From NCBI GenBank assembly GCA_963662405.2, contig CAXXKT010000003.1, positions 160,001-224,000 of the forward strand: a stretch of DNA of 64,000 nucleotides, in the 5' to 3' direction. Within the stretch, counting starts at the first letter, position 1; every line of letters starts with the position of its first letter. Origin of the DNA: Syntrophales bacterium. GTDB taxonomy: Bacteria > Desulfobacterota > Syntrophia > Syntrophales > UBA2210. Below, piece by piece: positions 54,384 through 64,000 of the stretch. A program made the translations under genes and the position numbers. The notes below the pieces were generated by a model that ran no database searches, had not been told where the DNA came from, and saw only the letters and a program-made list of their open reading frames with translations.

Positions 54384-55661
54384 ATGTTCCGGACGACTAT
54401 GGGTCTTGTTAATATCAATCAGATATGCCCCGGGATGGTACTGGCCGATGATTTGAGAGATTCAATGGGTCGTTTTCTGCTCCCCGGCGGGATCGATTTG
54501 ACCGAAAAGCACATCAGAATCCTGAAGATGTGGGGGGTTGTCGAGGCCAAGATTACAGACACTGATGCGGATGATGATATTGCTCTGGATGAGATCGATC
54601 CCGCGCTGGTGGAGATGGCCGAGCAGGAAACCCGTAAGCGATTTGTCTATTCCGGAGTCGATCATCCGGTGACCCGGGAACTGTTTCGATTTTCTACTCT
54701 TCGGAACGTGGAGGAGATGAACACCGACCAATACGAGAGGCAAATCATCCCCCAAGAATGCGATGAAGGAGAGATGGATATAGGCGTTGGGGCCATCCCG
54801 CCAGGGACGACGATCGATTTCCACACGTTAATACGACGTCATATCATGGAGCTTCCGACGCTGCCGAGAATCTTTTTGAAAATGAACGAAATCATAGCTA
54901 TGCCCAACAGCTCGGCCAATGATATCGCCGGAGTGATCAGTAAGGATACCAGCCTTTCTGCGCGGATTCTCAGGATCGTCAATAGTGCGTTCTACGGTTT
55001 TCCATCCCGGATCGACAGCGTGTCACGTGCGGTGGCCATCATCGGGACACGGCAGCTCGGTACCCTGGCCTCCGGGGTTACCATCGTCAATATGTTCAGT
55101 GGGATTCCTTCCACGATTGTCGACATGAAATCTTTCTGGAAGCACAGTATCGCCTGTGGGGTCCATGCGAGGATTATCGCGGGGTACCACGGGATACAAA
55201 ATACCGAGCGCCTCTTCCTTTCCGGTCTCCTGCACGATATCGGGCGCCTGATCTTATATAATTATACGCCGGGTCATGCCGCACATGCCCTGGCCGCGGC
55301 ACGTCGCGACCAAAGGATGCTCCGGGATATAGAAGATGAAGCATTGGATTTCGATCATGCCGAAATCGGAGGTTTGCTCTTGGAAAAATGGAGACTTCCC
55401 ACCCTGATAGAACATGCCGTCCGGTACCACCATAGTCCCCGGGAATCCCAATATCCTCTGGAACCATCTATCGTGCACCTGGCGGATATCATGGCGAACG
55501 CTGTGGGTGCCGGATCAAGTGGAGAACGCTTTGTGCCGCCGCTGGACTTGTATGCCTGGGATTCTATCGGACTTTCGGCGAACGCCCTGGATGTAATCAT
55601 GAAACAGGCGAATCGTCATATCGAGGAACTCGTTTCATTTTTCTATGCCGATGAAAGCTAA
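54384..55661 (+). CDS. HDOD domain signalling protein
   Basis: LPTLP, LSARILRIVNSAFYG, FWKHSIACG, GLLHDIGRL, HAEIGGLLLEKWRLP; start 54384 or 54399. Confidence 0.9.
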   Translation: MFRTTMGLVNINQICPGMVLADDLRDSMGRFLLPGGIDLTEKHIRILKMWGVVEAKITDTDADDDIALDEIDPALVEMAEQETRKRFVYSGVDHPVTRELFRFSTLRNVEEMNTDQYERQIIPQECDEGEMDIGVGAIPPGTTIDFHTLIRRHIMELPTLPRIFLKMNEIIAMPNSSANDIAGVISKDTSLSARILRIVNSAFYGFPSRIDSVSRAVAIIGTRQLGTLASGVTIVNMFSGIPSTIVDMKSFWKHSIACGVHARIIAGYHGIQNTERLFLSGLLHDIGRLILYNYTPGHAAHALAAARRDQRMLRDIEDEALDFDHAEIGGLLLEKWRLPTLIEHAVRYHHSPRESQYPLEPSIVHLADIMANAVGAGSSGERFVPPLDLYAWDSIGLSANALDVIMKQANRHIEELVSFFYADES

Positions 55662-57759
55662 CAATATGATGAGCAAAGACGCCTCATACCTTGAAGATCG
55701 TGTCCAGTATCTGGAAGATATCAATCGATTCACCATGGATGCGCTGGAGATTGCCGCCTCCCTGGGAAACTTCCAGCCCAGTATCAGAAAGCTCGATGAT
55801 GCCTCGGTCATCCTGGCGGAAACACGATCGCGGATACGCAGTCTGATCCCGCTTCGTGCGATGGCGTTCTACCTCGTGAATGAGGAGAATCAGGAGTTTA
55901 TCCTTTCCATGGTAGATCCTCCGGATCGTTCGTCATATATCGATAAAGAGGTCGGTTTTTTTATTGAAGACGGCATATTCGCCTGGGCCCTGCGAGAGAA
56001 ACGACCGGTGATCGTCTCATCCCGCCGGCACGAACGGCGTTTTATCCTCCATGTAATGACTACCAGCTCACGGATACGGGGCATGTTTGTCGGGGTATTG
56101 GGAGAGGACGGCGACACAATTCCGGATGTTTCCCTCTCAATGCTGTCCATCATTCTCCTGAACAGTGCGAACGCACTGGAGAGTCACGAATTATACACCA
56201 TGATCCGTGAGATCAATGAAAACATTCACAAGAAAAAGACCTATAAGATCTTATTTGAAGCGGCTCCCGACGGTGTGGAGGTCCTCGATGCGCGGGGGGT
56301 TATTGTGGATTGTAACCGGGCGCAGGAAGCGTTGCTCGGGTATGGCCACGAAGAGATAATTGGAAATCACACGACACGATTTTTCGAGAAGGCTCATACC
56401 GCTCTCTTCGAAGAGAGGCTCCGCGACCTGAGAGAACGGGGATATTCCGAAGGCGAGGTAGACCTCATAACGAAGACCGGGTCCGCTGTTCCCGTGTGGA
56501 GAAAGGGAAGCGCCATCAAAGATGAGAAGGGGAAGTTCGTTGGGTATATGGTATACAACCGCGATCTTTCTCATCGTAAACAGGCGGAAGAGGAGAAAGA
56601 GAGACTCGAATCGGAACTCAAGCAGGCTCAGAAGATGGAAGCAATCGGTACCCTTGCGGGTGGGGTTGCCCATGACCTGAACAATGTCCTGGGGGGGCTT
56701 GTCAGTTACCCTGATCTCTTGCTGATGCAACTCCCGGCTGATAGCCCCCTGAAGAAGCCGATCGAGACCATCCAGCAATCGGGGAAAAAGGCGGCGGCGA
56801 TCGTACATGATCTCCTGACCTTGGCACGAAGGGGCGTTGCCGTTTCCGAAGTAGTAAACCTGAACGATATCATTTCCGATTACTTCAAGACGCCCGAGCA
56901 GCAAAAAATTCAGGCGATTCATCCGCATATACGTTTCAATGCCGATCTTGAGGAGGATCTGCCGAATATCGTAGGATCACCGGTGCACCTCTCCAAGACG
57001 ATCATGAATTTGTTGTCGAACGCCTCGGAGGCGATGTCCGATCAGGGCACGATTACGGCATCGACGGAAAGGAGGTGTCTCGATCGTCCTATAACCGGGT
57101 ATGAAACAATCAAAGAGGGTGAGTATGTCACCCTGACCGTTTCAGACGAAGGGACCGGGATGTCCGAAGAGGACCTGAAACGGGTCTTTGAACCTTTCTA
57201 CACGAAGAAGGTGATGGGAAGGAGCGGTACTGGTCTGGGGATGGCGGTTGTGTGGGGTACCGTCAAGGATCATAAGGGATATATCGATATTCAAAGTATT
57301 GAGGGGAAAGGGACAACGATTGTAATATATTTCCCTGTGACCGAGAGGGTGCATAAGGAACGGGTCGTTATCCCCATTGAACGGTACCGCGGAAGAGGGG
57401 AGACGGTTCTCGTTGTCGATGACATGCGCGAACAAAGAGAGATCGTTTCCAGTATGCTCAGCACTCTCGGGTACGGTGTGTCGGCGGTCGACAGTGGAGA
57501 AAAGGCGGTTGCGTATCTGAAAGACAATCCGGTCGATCTCCTGCTTCTCGATATGATCATGGATCCCGGCATGGATGGTCTGGAGACATACAAACAGGTC
57601 CTCCATATCAATCCCGCGCAGAAGGCCCTTATCGCCAGTGGGTTTTCCGAAACAAAACGGGTCAAAGAGGCGCAGGGCCTCGGTGTCGGCCCATATATCA
57701 GGAAACCCTTTGTCCTGGAGCAGATCGGACAGGCGGTCAGGAACGAATTGGACCGATAA
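55645..57759 (+). CDS. Hybrid sensor histidine kinase/response regulator (PAS-HisKA-HATPase-REC)
   Basis: KMEAIGTLAGGVAHDLNN, FEPFYT, GTGLGM, LLLLDMIM; start uncertain (55645-55669). Confidence 0.9.
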   Translation: MPMKANNMMSKDASYLEDRVQYLEDINRFTMDALEIAASLGNFQPSIRKLDDASVILAETRSRIRSLIPLRAMAFYLVNEENQEFILSMVDPPDRSSYIDKEVGFFIEDGIFAWALREKRPVIVSSRRHERRFILHVMTTSSRIRGMFVGVLGEDGDTIPDVSLSMLSIILLNSANALESHELYTMIREINENIHKKKTYKILFEAAPDGVEVLDARGVIVDCNRAQEALLGYGHEEIIGNHTTRFFEKAHTALFEERLRDLRERGYSEGEVDLITKTGSAVPVWRKGSAIKDEKGKFVGYMVYNRDLSHRKQAEEEKERLESELKQAQKMEAIGTLAGGVAHDLNNVLGGLVSYPDLLLMQLPADSPLKKPIETIQQSGKKAAAIVHDLLTLARRGVAVSEVVNLNDIISDYFKTPEQQKIQAIHPHIRFNADLEEDLPNIVGSPVHLSKTIMNLLSNASEAMSDQGTITASTERRCLDRPITGYETIKEGEYVTLTVSDEGTGMSEEDLKRVFEPFYTKKVMGRSGTGLGMAVVWGTVKDHKGYIDIQSIEGKGTTIVIYFPVTERVHKERVVIPIERYRGRGETVLVVDDMREQREIVSSMLSTLGYGVSAVDSGEKAVAYLKDNPVDLLLLDMIMDPGMDGLETYKQVLHINPAQKALIASGFSETKRVKEAQGLGVGPYIRKPFVLEQIGQAVRNELDR

Positions 57760-57871
57760 ACGAACGACACGCAGCCCCCCCCTGTTTTCGTTGCGGAGCC
57801 GTTACGTCGCGGTATGCGTTTCTCTCCGGGAGAAGCCGGTCCCGCACAGGAGTCCACCTCCTTGACACCCC

Positions 57872-60151
57872 TTAGTCATCTATCAGTTCCCGGAGCTTCT
57901 GGGAGATCTTTTCTATACTGAAGGGCTTCTGGATAAAGCCGTCGCATCCTCGTTCCATGATTTCCCGTGCCTGGCCGTTGATACTGTAACCGCTCGACAG
58001 GAGGACCTTAATGGAAGGATTGATCTTTTTCAGGGCATCGTACGTCTCTGAGCCTCCCATATCGGGCATAATCATGTCCAGGATGACCAGGTCGATTTGG
58101 CTCCCTTTTTTCTCGTAGATCTCGACAGCCTCTTGCCCGCTCCGTGCAAGGTGTACCGTATAACCGAGAAAGTTCAGGATCTCGCCGCCGACATCGATGA
58201 TCAAATCCTCATCGTCGACCAGGAGGATTGTTTCATCCCCCATCAGCGGTTTTTCCTTCTTCCTTGCCGGCGGTCGATTGCCGACACTCTCATCAAGTGC
58301 GGGGAGGTATATGTTGAAGGTGGTGCCGATTTCCTCCTCGCTGTACACGGTGATGATCCCGTTGTGGTTTTTAATGATGCCATAGGCGGATGCCATCCCG
58401 AGGCCGGTCCCCCGACCCATCTCTTTGGTGGTGAAGAAGGGATCAAATACCCGCTTGACGGTTTCTTCATTCATTCCCGTTCCGGTATCCGTCACGGATA
58501 TCTTGACATAATTCCCGGGCGTGAGGTTATGGGGCATGACATAGGTATCGTCAAGGGTGATGTTTTCCGTCTGGAGGTATATCTCCCCGCCGCCGGGCAT
58601 AGCCTGCCAGGCGTTGACGTAGATGTTGAGAAGCGTCTGCTCGATCTGTCCCTGATCCGCCTCCACCATCCAGATGTCTTGCTGGAACTTTTTGTGTATC
58701 TTGATCTCCTTTTTCGTTCGGCCGAACATTCCGGAGCTCTTCTTGACCAGCATGTTCAGGTCGGTCGGTTTGACCTCGTACTTGCCGCCCCTGGCGAACC
58801 CCAAGAGTTGCCCGGTGAGTTCCGCTCCGTCGCGAACGTACTGTTCGATATTCCTGAGCTTTTCATAGTGAGGGTGCGAGGAGTCCATATCCAGGAGCAG
58901 GAGAGAGGCATTTCCCTGGATCCCCATCAGGAGATTGTTGAAGTCATGGGCGATTCCTCCCGCCAGGGTACCGATGGCCTTCATCTTCTGTGCCTGTTGA
59001 AGCTGATTCTCGAGATTTTTCTGTTGTGCCTCGGACTGTTTGCGGCCGGTGACATCCACCGTCGTGATGATGGCTCCCTCGGAGAAGGGTGCTATCTTGA
59101 TGTCAAGAAAAGTCTCTTCATACTCCGTTTCCAGGAACTCCTTGGATTGCCCCGATCTGATGCACTCTTTCAATTCATCGAGCATGTTGAGCGTGTGCTT
59201 CGATGCATAATCTTTATACATGACGTCCTGATTAACGGCAGGCAACCTGCTGCCGGACAGCTTTTTCGCGAGGTTATATCCCGTCACCCGTGCTTCGCGG
59301 TCCACGATAATCGTCTCGATCGGATTGTGGTCGAACAGGGCGCGGTACCGCTCCTCGCTTTTTCGGAGGGCGATCTCGGATTGTTTGCTCTCGGTTATAT
59401 CCACCAGTGAGCAAACTCTTTTCCTTGTTCCGGGAATCATGCCGACTGTTATCAAGATATCCTTGATATGTCCCTTCTTGTGGACAGAAAGGATTTCGTA
59501 TTCTCGGGGGATATCGTGTGCGCCGTCGCTCCTTTTCCTGTGGTACTCTTTGACCTTGTCGACATCGTGCGGGAGCAGAAAGGCCGTTGCGGGCAGCAGG
59601 CCTTCCACCTCCTCCTTTGAATATCCGGTCAGCTTTTCGAAGGTGGTATTGACCATGGAGATGGTCATGTCCTCTTCAACGATCATGGTGGCCGTTGAAC
59701 CTTCAAAAACGCTCCGGTACCGAGCCTCACTTTCCCGAAGCGCCCGTTCCGATTCGCGGAGCGCCCGTTCTGCGTTTCGCTTGTCGCAGGCCCTGCGGAT
59801 AACCATGAGAAGCGATTCCATCTCATAGGATTTCAATACGTAACTGTACGCCCCCAGATTAACCGCTTCGATGGCGGTCTCCTGGGTCGCGTGAGCGGTG
59901 AGGATGATACACTCGGTATCGGGTGAGATCTCTCTGATTTCCTTCATCACTTCGAGGCCTGAAGCAGCGCCGAGCCTGAGATCGATCAGCGCCACGGCGA
60001 TATCGGATCCCTCCTTCTGAACGATGATATCTGTCGCCTCCGGTCCGGTTGCGGCCGTAACGGCTTCATATCCGCTCATGCGCAAGATATTGGAAAGGAG
60101 CTTTCTGATCTTGGAGTCATCGTCCACGACAAGAATCTGATTCGCTTGCAT
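57872..60151 (-). CDS. Hybrid kinase (REC-PAS-PAS-HisKA-HATPase-REC)
   Basis: N-terminal ILVVDDD receiver, GGIAHDFNN, FDPFFTTK, C-terminal receiver; GAGGTG SD before ATG 60151. Confidence 0.9.
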   Translation of the reverse strand: MQANQILVVDDDSKIRKLLSNILRMSGYEAVTAATGPEATDIIVQKEGSDIAVALIDLRLGAASGLEVMKEIREISPDTECIILTAHATQETAIEAVNLGAYSYVLKSYEMESLLMVIRRACDKRNAERALRESERALRESEARYRSVFEGSTATMIVEEDMTISMVNTTFEKLTGYSKEEVEGLLPATAFLLPHDVDKVKEYHRKRSDGAHDIPREYEILSVHKKGHIKDILITVGMIPGTRKRVCSLVDITESKQSEIALRKSEERYRALFDHNPIETIIVDREARVTGYNLAKKLSGSRLPAVNQDVMYKDYASKHTLNMLDELKECIRSGQSKEFLETEYEETFLDIKIAPFSEGAIITTVDVTGRKQSEAQQKNLENQLQQAQKMKAIGTLAGGIAHDFNNLLMGIQGNASLLLLDMDSSHPHYEKLRNIEQYVRDGAELTGQLLGFARGGKYEVKPTDLNMLVKKSSGMFGRTKKEIKIHKKFQQDIWMVEADQGQIEQTLLNIYVNAWQAMPGGGEIYLQTENITLDDTYVMPHNLTPGNYVKISVTDTGTGMNEETVKRVFDPFFTTKEMGRGTGLGMASAYGIIKNHNGIITVYSEEEIGTTFNIYLPALDESVGNRPPARKKEKPLMGDETILLVDDEDLIIDVGGEILNFLGYTVHLARSGQEAVEIYEKKGSQIDLVILDMIMPDMGGSETYDALKKINPSIKVLLSSGYSINGQAREIMERGCDGFIQKPFSIEKISQKLRELIDD

Positions 60152-60777
60152 CTCACCTCTCCCTTCCCTGTGCGTTGTCGAAGGCACTACGGTCCCGAAC
60201 GAAACAAACCGTCGCTTACGGTTCATGCCTCTTTCCCCCGGAGGTGATACCCACCGGCTTGACACCCACCGCAGGGATGATGTCAAAGCGATGAACGGTT
60301 CCATGCCCCATCGCCTCTAAGCTTCGATCATATATATCAGTAATGCGGAGCAGTCAACCGCACCGAGAGAATTTTCACGGCGGACCGGGCTCTGTCATCG
60401 CCTGATTATGATATGGGGTGACCCGGGCACTCGGGGTTTTTGTTTCCGCCCGGATTCCTTCCGATAGCATCCCATCCCGCTCGGTGTGTGAATCCATTAA
60501 ATAAGTGTGCCGACGGGAACTGTTTTTCCCGCGTGCTGAAGACACGTCACGGATCATGGCACATTCTATGCTTTTCCTATCACCGAACGCCGCCGGGATC
60601 CGGACGGATAAGGCTGTATGACCCCGGGGTCGATTGAACACGGGGAGACAAACCGGAGTGAAATAACTTCTTAACTCCGTATTATCGAGATGATAGGTCA
60701 GCTCCCCGGCGTGGGTGACCTTCGATTGGTCGCGGTGATGCGGTGGAAACCGCACACGATGGTATGGAAAAGAATCC

Positions 60778-60805
60778 TCAATAAAGACGCAATCCCTGCC
60801 GATAG
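60778..60805 (+). promoter_or_regulatory. Candidate sigma28 (FliA) promoter
   Basis: TCAA-N16-GCCGATAG upstream of the 60886 gene; same spacing as the site at 54296. Confidence 0.45.
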
Positions 60806-60885
60806 GGGGGAAAAGTTTTCCCCGCTTCAACGGGTAAAAGAAGGGATGCCGGGAGTGCCGAGGATATCGGAAAGGATGGGATGAT

Positions 60886-61338
60886 ATGAAGATAGCGCCG
60901 CAGATGATTTCAACGGGGACCGAGCAGGAAAAGACAACGACGGGGCAAAAGGCAACGGGAACGGAGTTTAACGACATTCTTCAGGAGACGATGACAACAT
61001 CATCGGGGACGGAGGGGAGCGCCATGACTCTGCCGCCGGTACAGAACATACCGACCATATTGTTTGATCAGATTCAGAGTAGCGATACGATACAGACTAT
61101 AGAACGGGTGGATACGTTTGTCGGCCTTCTCGAAGCGTATCAGGACAAGCTGGGAGATGCCGATTCTAGCCTGAAGGATGTTTCTTCTCTCCTGTCGAGC
61201 ATGGGGGAAGAGACGGAAAAGATCCTGCCCCTTCTGGATTCATTGTCCGACGGTGACGCACTGAAGGATATCCTCAACCGGGCGGTCGTCACTGCGACGG
61301 TTGAAACGATCAAGTACAACCGGGGCGACTATCTCTAA
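60886..61338 (+). CDS. Hypothetical protein, possibly flagellar-regulon associated
   Basis: Clean 150-aa ORF, low-complexity N-terminus with EFNDIL, C-terminal ETIKYNRGDYL; candidate sigma28 promoter. Confidence 0.7.
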   Translation: MKIAPQMISTGTEQEKTTTGQKATGTEFNDILQETMTTSSGTEGSAMTLPPVQNIPTILFDQIQSSDTIQTIERVDTFVGLLEAYQDKLGDADSSLKDVSSLLSSMGEETEKILPLLDSLSDGDALKDILNRAVVTATVETIKYNRGDYL

Positions 61339-61489
61339 GAGGACATTCGAACGGCTGCGGTTTCTTGAGCGTGGCGCATCGGCCGACATTCACCGTCAAT
61401 GATATGACGGATCATTGCTTTCATAGCTTCTCCCTCGCAGGCTCGTGCCGGGGTCCGCATCTCTCTTCTTTTCGTGCATAAATTTATTA

Positions 61490-62225
61490 GGGTCTTGACT
61501 AGAACAGCACACGGAAATATGTTAAGAGTCTAGTCATGTCAATAAGTAACAAGTATGTAAAAAATTCCAAAATTTCAGAGGCAAAATTTAGAGAGATCGT
61601 GAAGTATTTTGCCTTCGATTTGGATGCTCAAACCATCGCTCTTTTAACAAAACTCAATAGAAATACGGTGAATCGATATCTGTCTTTGATTCGTCAACGT
61701 ATAGCTGATCTGTGCGAAGAAGAATCACCATTTCAGGGTGAAATCGAGGTTGACGAATCATATTTCGGTGCAAAACGTATCAAAGGGAAACGAGGCCGTG
61801 GGGCCGGGAGAAAAACCCCTGTATTCGGTATCCTGCAACGAAAAGGCAGTGTCTATACCGAAATCGTTCCCGATTGCGCCAGGAAGACTCTCCAGGCCAT
61901 TATCAGGGGCAAAGTTGAACCGAATAGTGTCATACATTCAGATAGTTGGAGAGGCTATGATGGTTTGGTTGACTTGGGATACAAAAAGCATTACCGTGTT
62001 CATCACGGAGCCAATGAATTTGCCAGGGGGAAAAGCCACATCAATGGCATTGAATCCTTCTGGTCATTCGCAAAACGGAGGCTGATGAAGTTCCATGGTA
62101 TTCCACAATCAACCTTTTACCTGCATCTCAAGGAATGTGAGTTCCGGTTCAACAACCGTAACACCGATATCTATAAATTGTTGTTAAAGAACTTCAAAAA
62201 TAAACCGCTGTTCTAGTCAAGACCC
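61490..62225 (+). mobile_element. IS1595-family IS, copy 2 (736 bp)
   Basis: Same IRs as copy 1; 8-bp TSD ATTTATTA (61482-61489, 62226-62233). Confidence 0.95.
61536..62216 (+). CDS. IS1595-family transposase
   Basis: Protein identical to 51353-52033. Confidence 0.93.
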   Translation: MSISNKYVKNSKISEAKFREIVKYFAFDLDAQTIALLTKLNRNTVNRYLSLIRQRIADLCEEESPFQGEIEVDESYFGAKRIKGKRGRGAGRKTPVFGILQRKGSVYTEIVPDCARKTLQAIIRGKVEPNSVIHSDSWRGYDGLVDLGYKKHYRVHHGANEFARGKSHINGIESFWSFAKRRLMKFHGIPQSTFYLHLKECEFRFNNRNTDIYKLLLKNFKNKPLF

Positions 62226-62363
62226 ATTTATTATTACGGATAGTTCCCGTTTCCCTGCGGTGGGAGAGGGGGGGCTATCTGCCGGGCATGCCTCTTGCTT
62301 TTTGATGGTTGTATCGGAACGCAACTCACCGGCAAGGGACGGATTGAAGGTGGTTACCTGGCT

Positions 62364-63593
62364 ATGGATCTGGCAATTCCCGACATATGTTTTCTGACCT
62401 CATCTACGCGATTGGCCTTTGACGCGGACGGCTGTACGATATTTCTGGAACCCCTTTCATCCTCCCCGAGCGATGCCGATCACATCCTCGTTATGCCGCG
62501 GTTCCGGGCGCAGCAGTATCGTATGACCGATGTCCCTTCCGTATCTCTCTTTGACGCTATTCCGGTACCCGACGGTTGGGCTGTGCCGGAGATCTATGAC
62601 GGGACGCAGGATCTTCACGCCAAAAGGGTCCTGATCCTCATGTTGAACGACTGGGGGGATATGATTCCCCTTGAGCCGGTGATACGTGCATTATATAACA
62701 TGACTGCCTCGACGGGACGACCGCCGCGGATCACACTGGGGTGCAACGGGATCGGGGATTTCCCCTATCGCGACACGGGGTACGTCGAGGACGTGATCCC
62801 CGACATGATGACCCTATCGCGGTTTTGTTCCTTCGATATCGTTGTCAATCTGCTGCCGGTCAATCATCAGCGGGCCACTACTCGTTCCATGCGGGACCCC
62901 TGCCTCGATATACCCCATCTCGATTCCGAATCGGGAGGGAGCGATACGCCTTCCATACACCCCGATCCCGGGCGGGTCTCGAGAATAAGGCCGATTTTTG
63001 ATCGAATCCGACGAACAACCGGAAAAGAGTTGCTCTGTGTCAACTGGCGGTCGCGGTTTCCCCACACGAGTGCACCGGTATCCCTCTTCTCCCGCATTGC
63101 GGGTGCGCTGCGCCATACTCACCAGGCCCTCCTCTTAAAGGATGAGACCGCAGACGAGATCATGCAGGGGGAAATCAATGCCCTGCGTGCGCCGATCATG
63201 AACCTTTCCCGCCTGATTCGCGATCATCATGACACGATAGCGGCCCTGTCGCTGGTGGACGCCTTCGTGTCGGTCGATACGGGGGTCGTGCTCGCGGCGG
63301 GGGCCCTGGGGATACCCGGGGTGGCACTTTTCGGGCCCTCCCCACCGGAGACGCGCGTTGTCGACTATCCCTCCGTCATCCCCCTCGAGGCCGATTTCCG
63401 GGAGGCGCACCGGGGGTGTGCCGAGATCGTCTCTGTCTCTCATCTCCTCAGCCCCTATTCCGAGGCGATCGATCCCGGTAACGTTCTGTCGGCCCTTGAA
63501 GTGGCGATTGGTCTCCGGGCCGGAGATTCATTCACGAACCGCTGTTTCTCTCGGGGAGCGTCCGGACGGGATGCATACGAAACCGGTCTCTAA
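62364..63593 (+). CDS. Glycosyltransferase family 9-like protein
   Basis: LNDWGDMI, C-terminal DAFVSVDTGVVLAAGALGIPGVALFGPS; start uncertain. Confidence 0.7.
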   Translation: MDLAIPDICFLTSSTRLAFDADGCTIFLEPLSSSPSDADHILVMPRFRAQQYRMTDVPSVSLFDAIPVPDGWAVPEIYDGTQDLHAKRVLILMLNDWGDMIPLEPVIRALYNMTASTGRPPRITLGCNGIGDFPYRDTGYVEDVIPDMMTLSRFCSFDIVVNLLPVNHQRATTRSMRDPCLDIPHLDSESGGSDTPSIHPDPGRVSRIRPIFDRIRRTTGKELLCVNWRSRFPHTSAPVSLFSRIAGALRHTHQALLLKDETADEIMQGEINALRAPIMNLSRLIRDHHDTIAALSLVDAFVSVDTGVVLAAGALGIPGVALFGPSPPETRVVDYPSVIPLEADFREAHRGCAEIVSVSHLLSPYSEAIDPGNVLSALEVAIGLRAGDSFTNRCFSRGASGRDAYETGL

Positions 63594-64000
63594 TCCCCAT
63601 GATTGAGCAATCCCGCCTTCCCTGACTGTGAAGGACGGGAGGAGTGTGCTTCGCGCCTTCACCCGTCCTGTCGGAATCGAGACCCGGCGGCGGGACCCAC
63701 CGTATGCCGGGGGGGCGTGCGTCAAATTTCCGACGATGCGATCTCCCGAGAGATATCCGTATATACACAGCCATAATCCGATTAAAACAATGGACCGATG
63801 TCTCCCGTGCACCCCCCCCCCGGTGCGCTGTTCCACACCAGCGCAGATCCGGCGTGGTGTGGCCCTTCCGGCAGGTCTTCTCCTTGAAGGGAACAACCCG
63901 ACTGCTGTGTCCTCCCGAAAACGGAACGGCCGTTGCAGGATCTCGGCCCTGTGACGCCGGGCCTGCACGTCCATCCGTTTTTTATACATCGTCCTCAAGT

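Noticed and set aside
63594..64000. ORFs at the window end and at 60375-60977
   Set aside because: No recognisable motifs or SD; composition suggests non-coding or shadow frames

Overview
GC-rich bacterial chromosome segment; gene content and protein style suggest an anaerobic deltaproteobacterium (Desulfobacterota/Syntrophales-like; inference). The core region holds the end of a bat operon, two cobalamin riboswitches (one before an amber-interrupted unknown ORF, one before metE), a SucD-like CoA-acylating aldehyde dehydrogenase, glnS with tRNA-Gln, a ~6.85 kb frameshifted DUF11-repeat IPTL-CTERM surface protein gene, murI, larCEB, truA, a cimA-leuA-leuC-leuD operon with an unannotated Ile/Thr/Leu leader-peptide attenuator, leuB, serS and a tRNA-Ser-Ser-Arg cluster. 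A ~19.1 kb decaying genomic island (33403-52565) is integrated in tRNA-Arg(ACG), bounded by a perfect 45-bp att duplication. It carries an integrase stub, a PAS-LuxR regulator, a LIV-type ABC transporter, CoA-transferase/acyl-CoA dehydrogenase/hydratase genes, a truncated thiolase, a shattered SIR2-domain gene, a DUF4236 gene and four IS types. Signalling genes, a second IS1595 copy and a GT9-like gene follow. The most novel-looking signal is a non-coding element present twice (18797-18940 + and 52043-52193 -). Each copy has a TTGACA-N17-TAARGG promoter, a conserved hairpin containing an SD and a two-codon mini-ORF (ATG-GYC-TGA), and an intrinsic terminator with pairing-preserving substitutions, ~55-60 nt upstream of an unrelated uncharacterised gene. 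It is a candidate undescribed ribosome-sensing attenuator or sRNA family. All assignments are from manual reading; no database searches were run.
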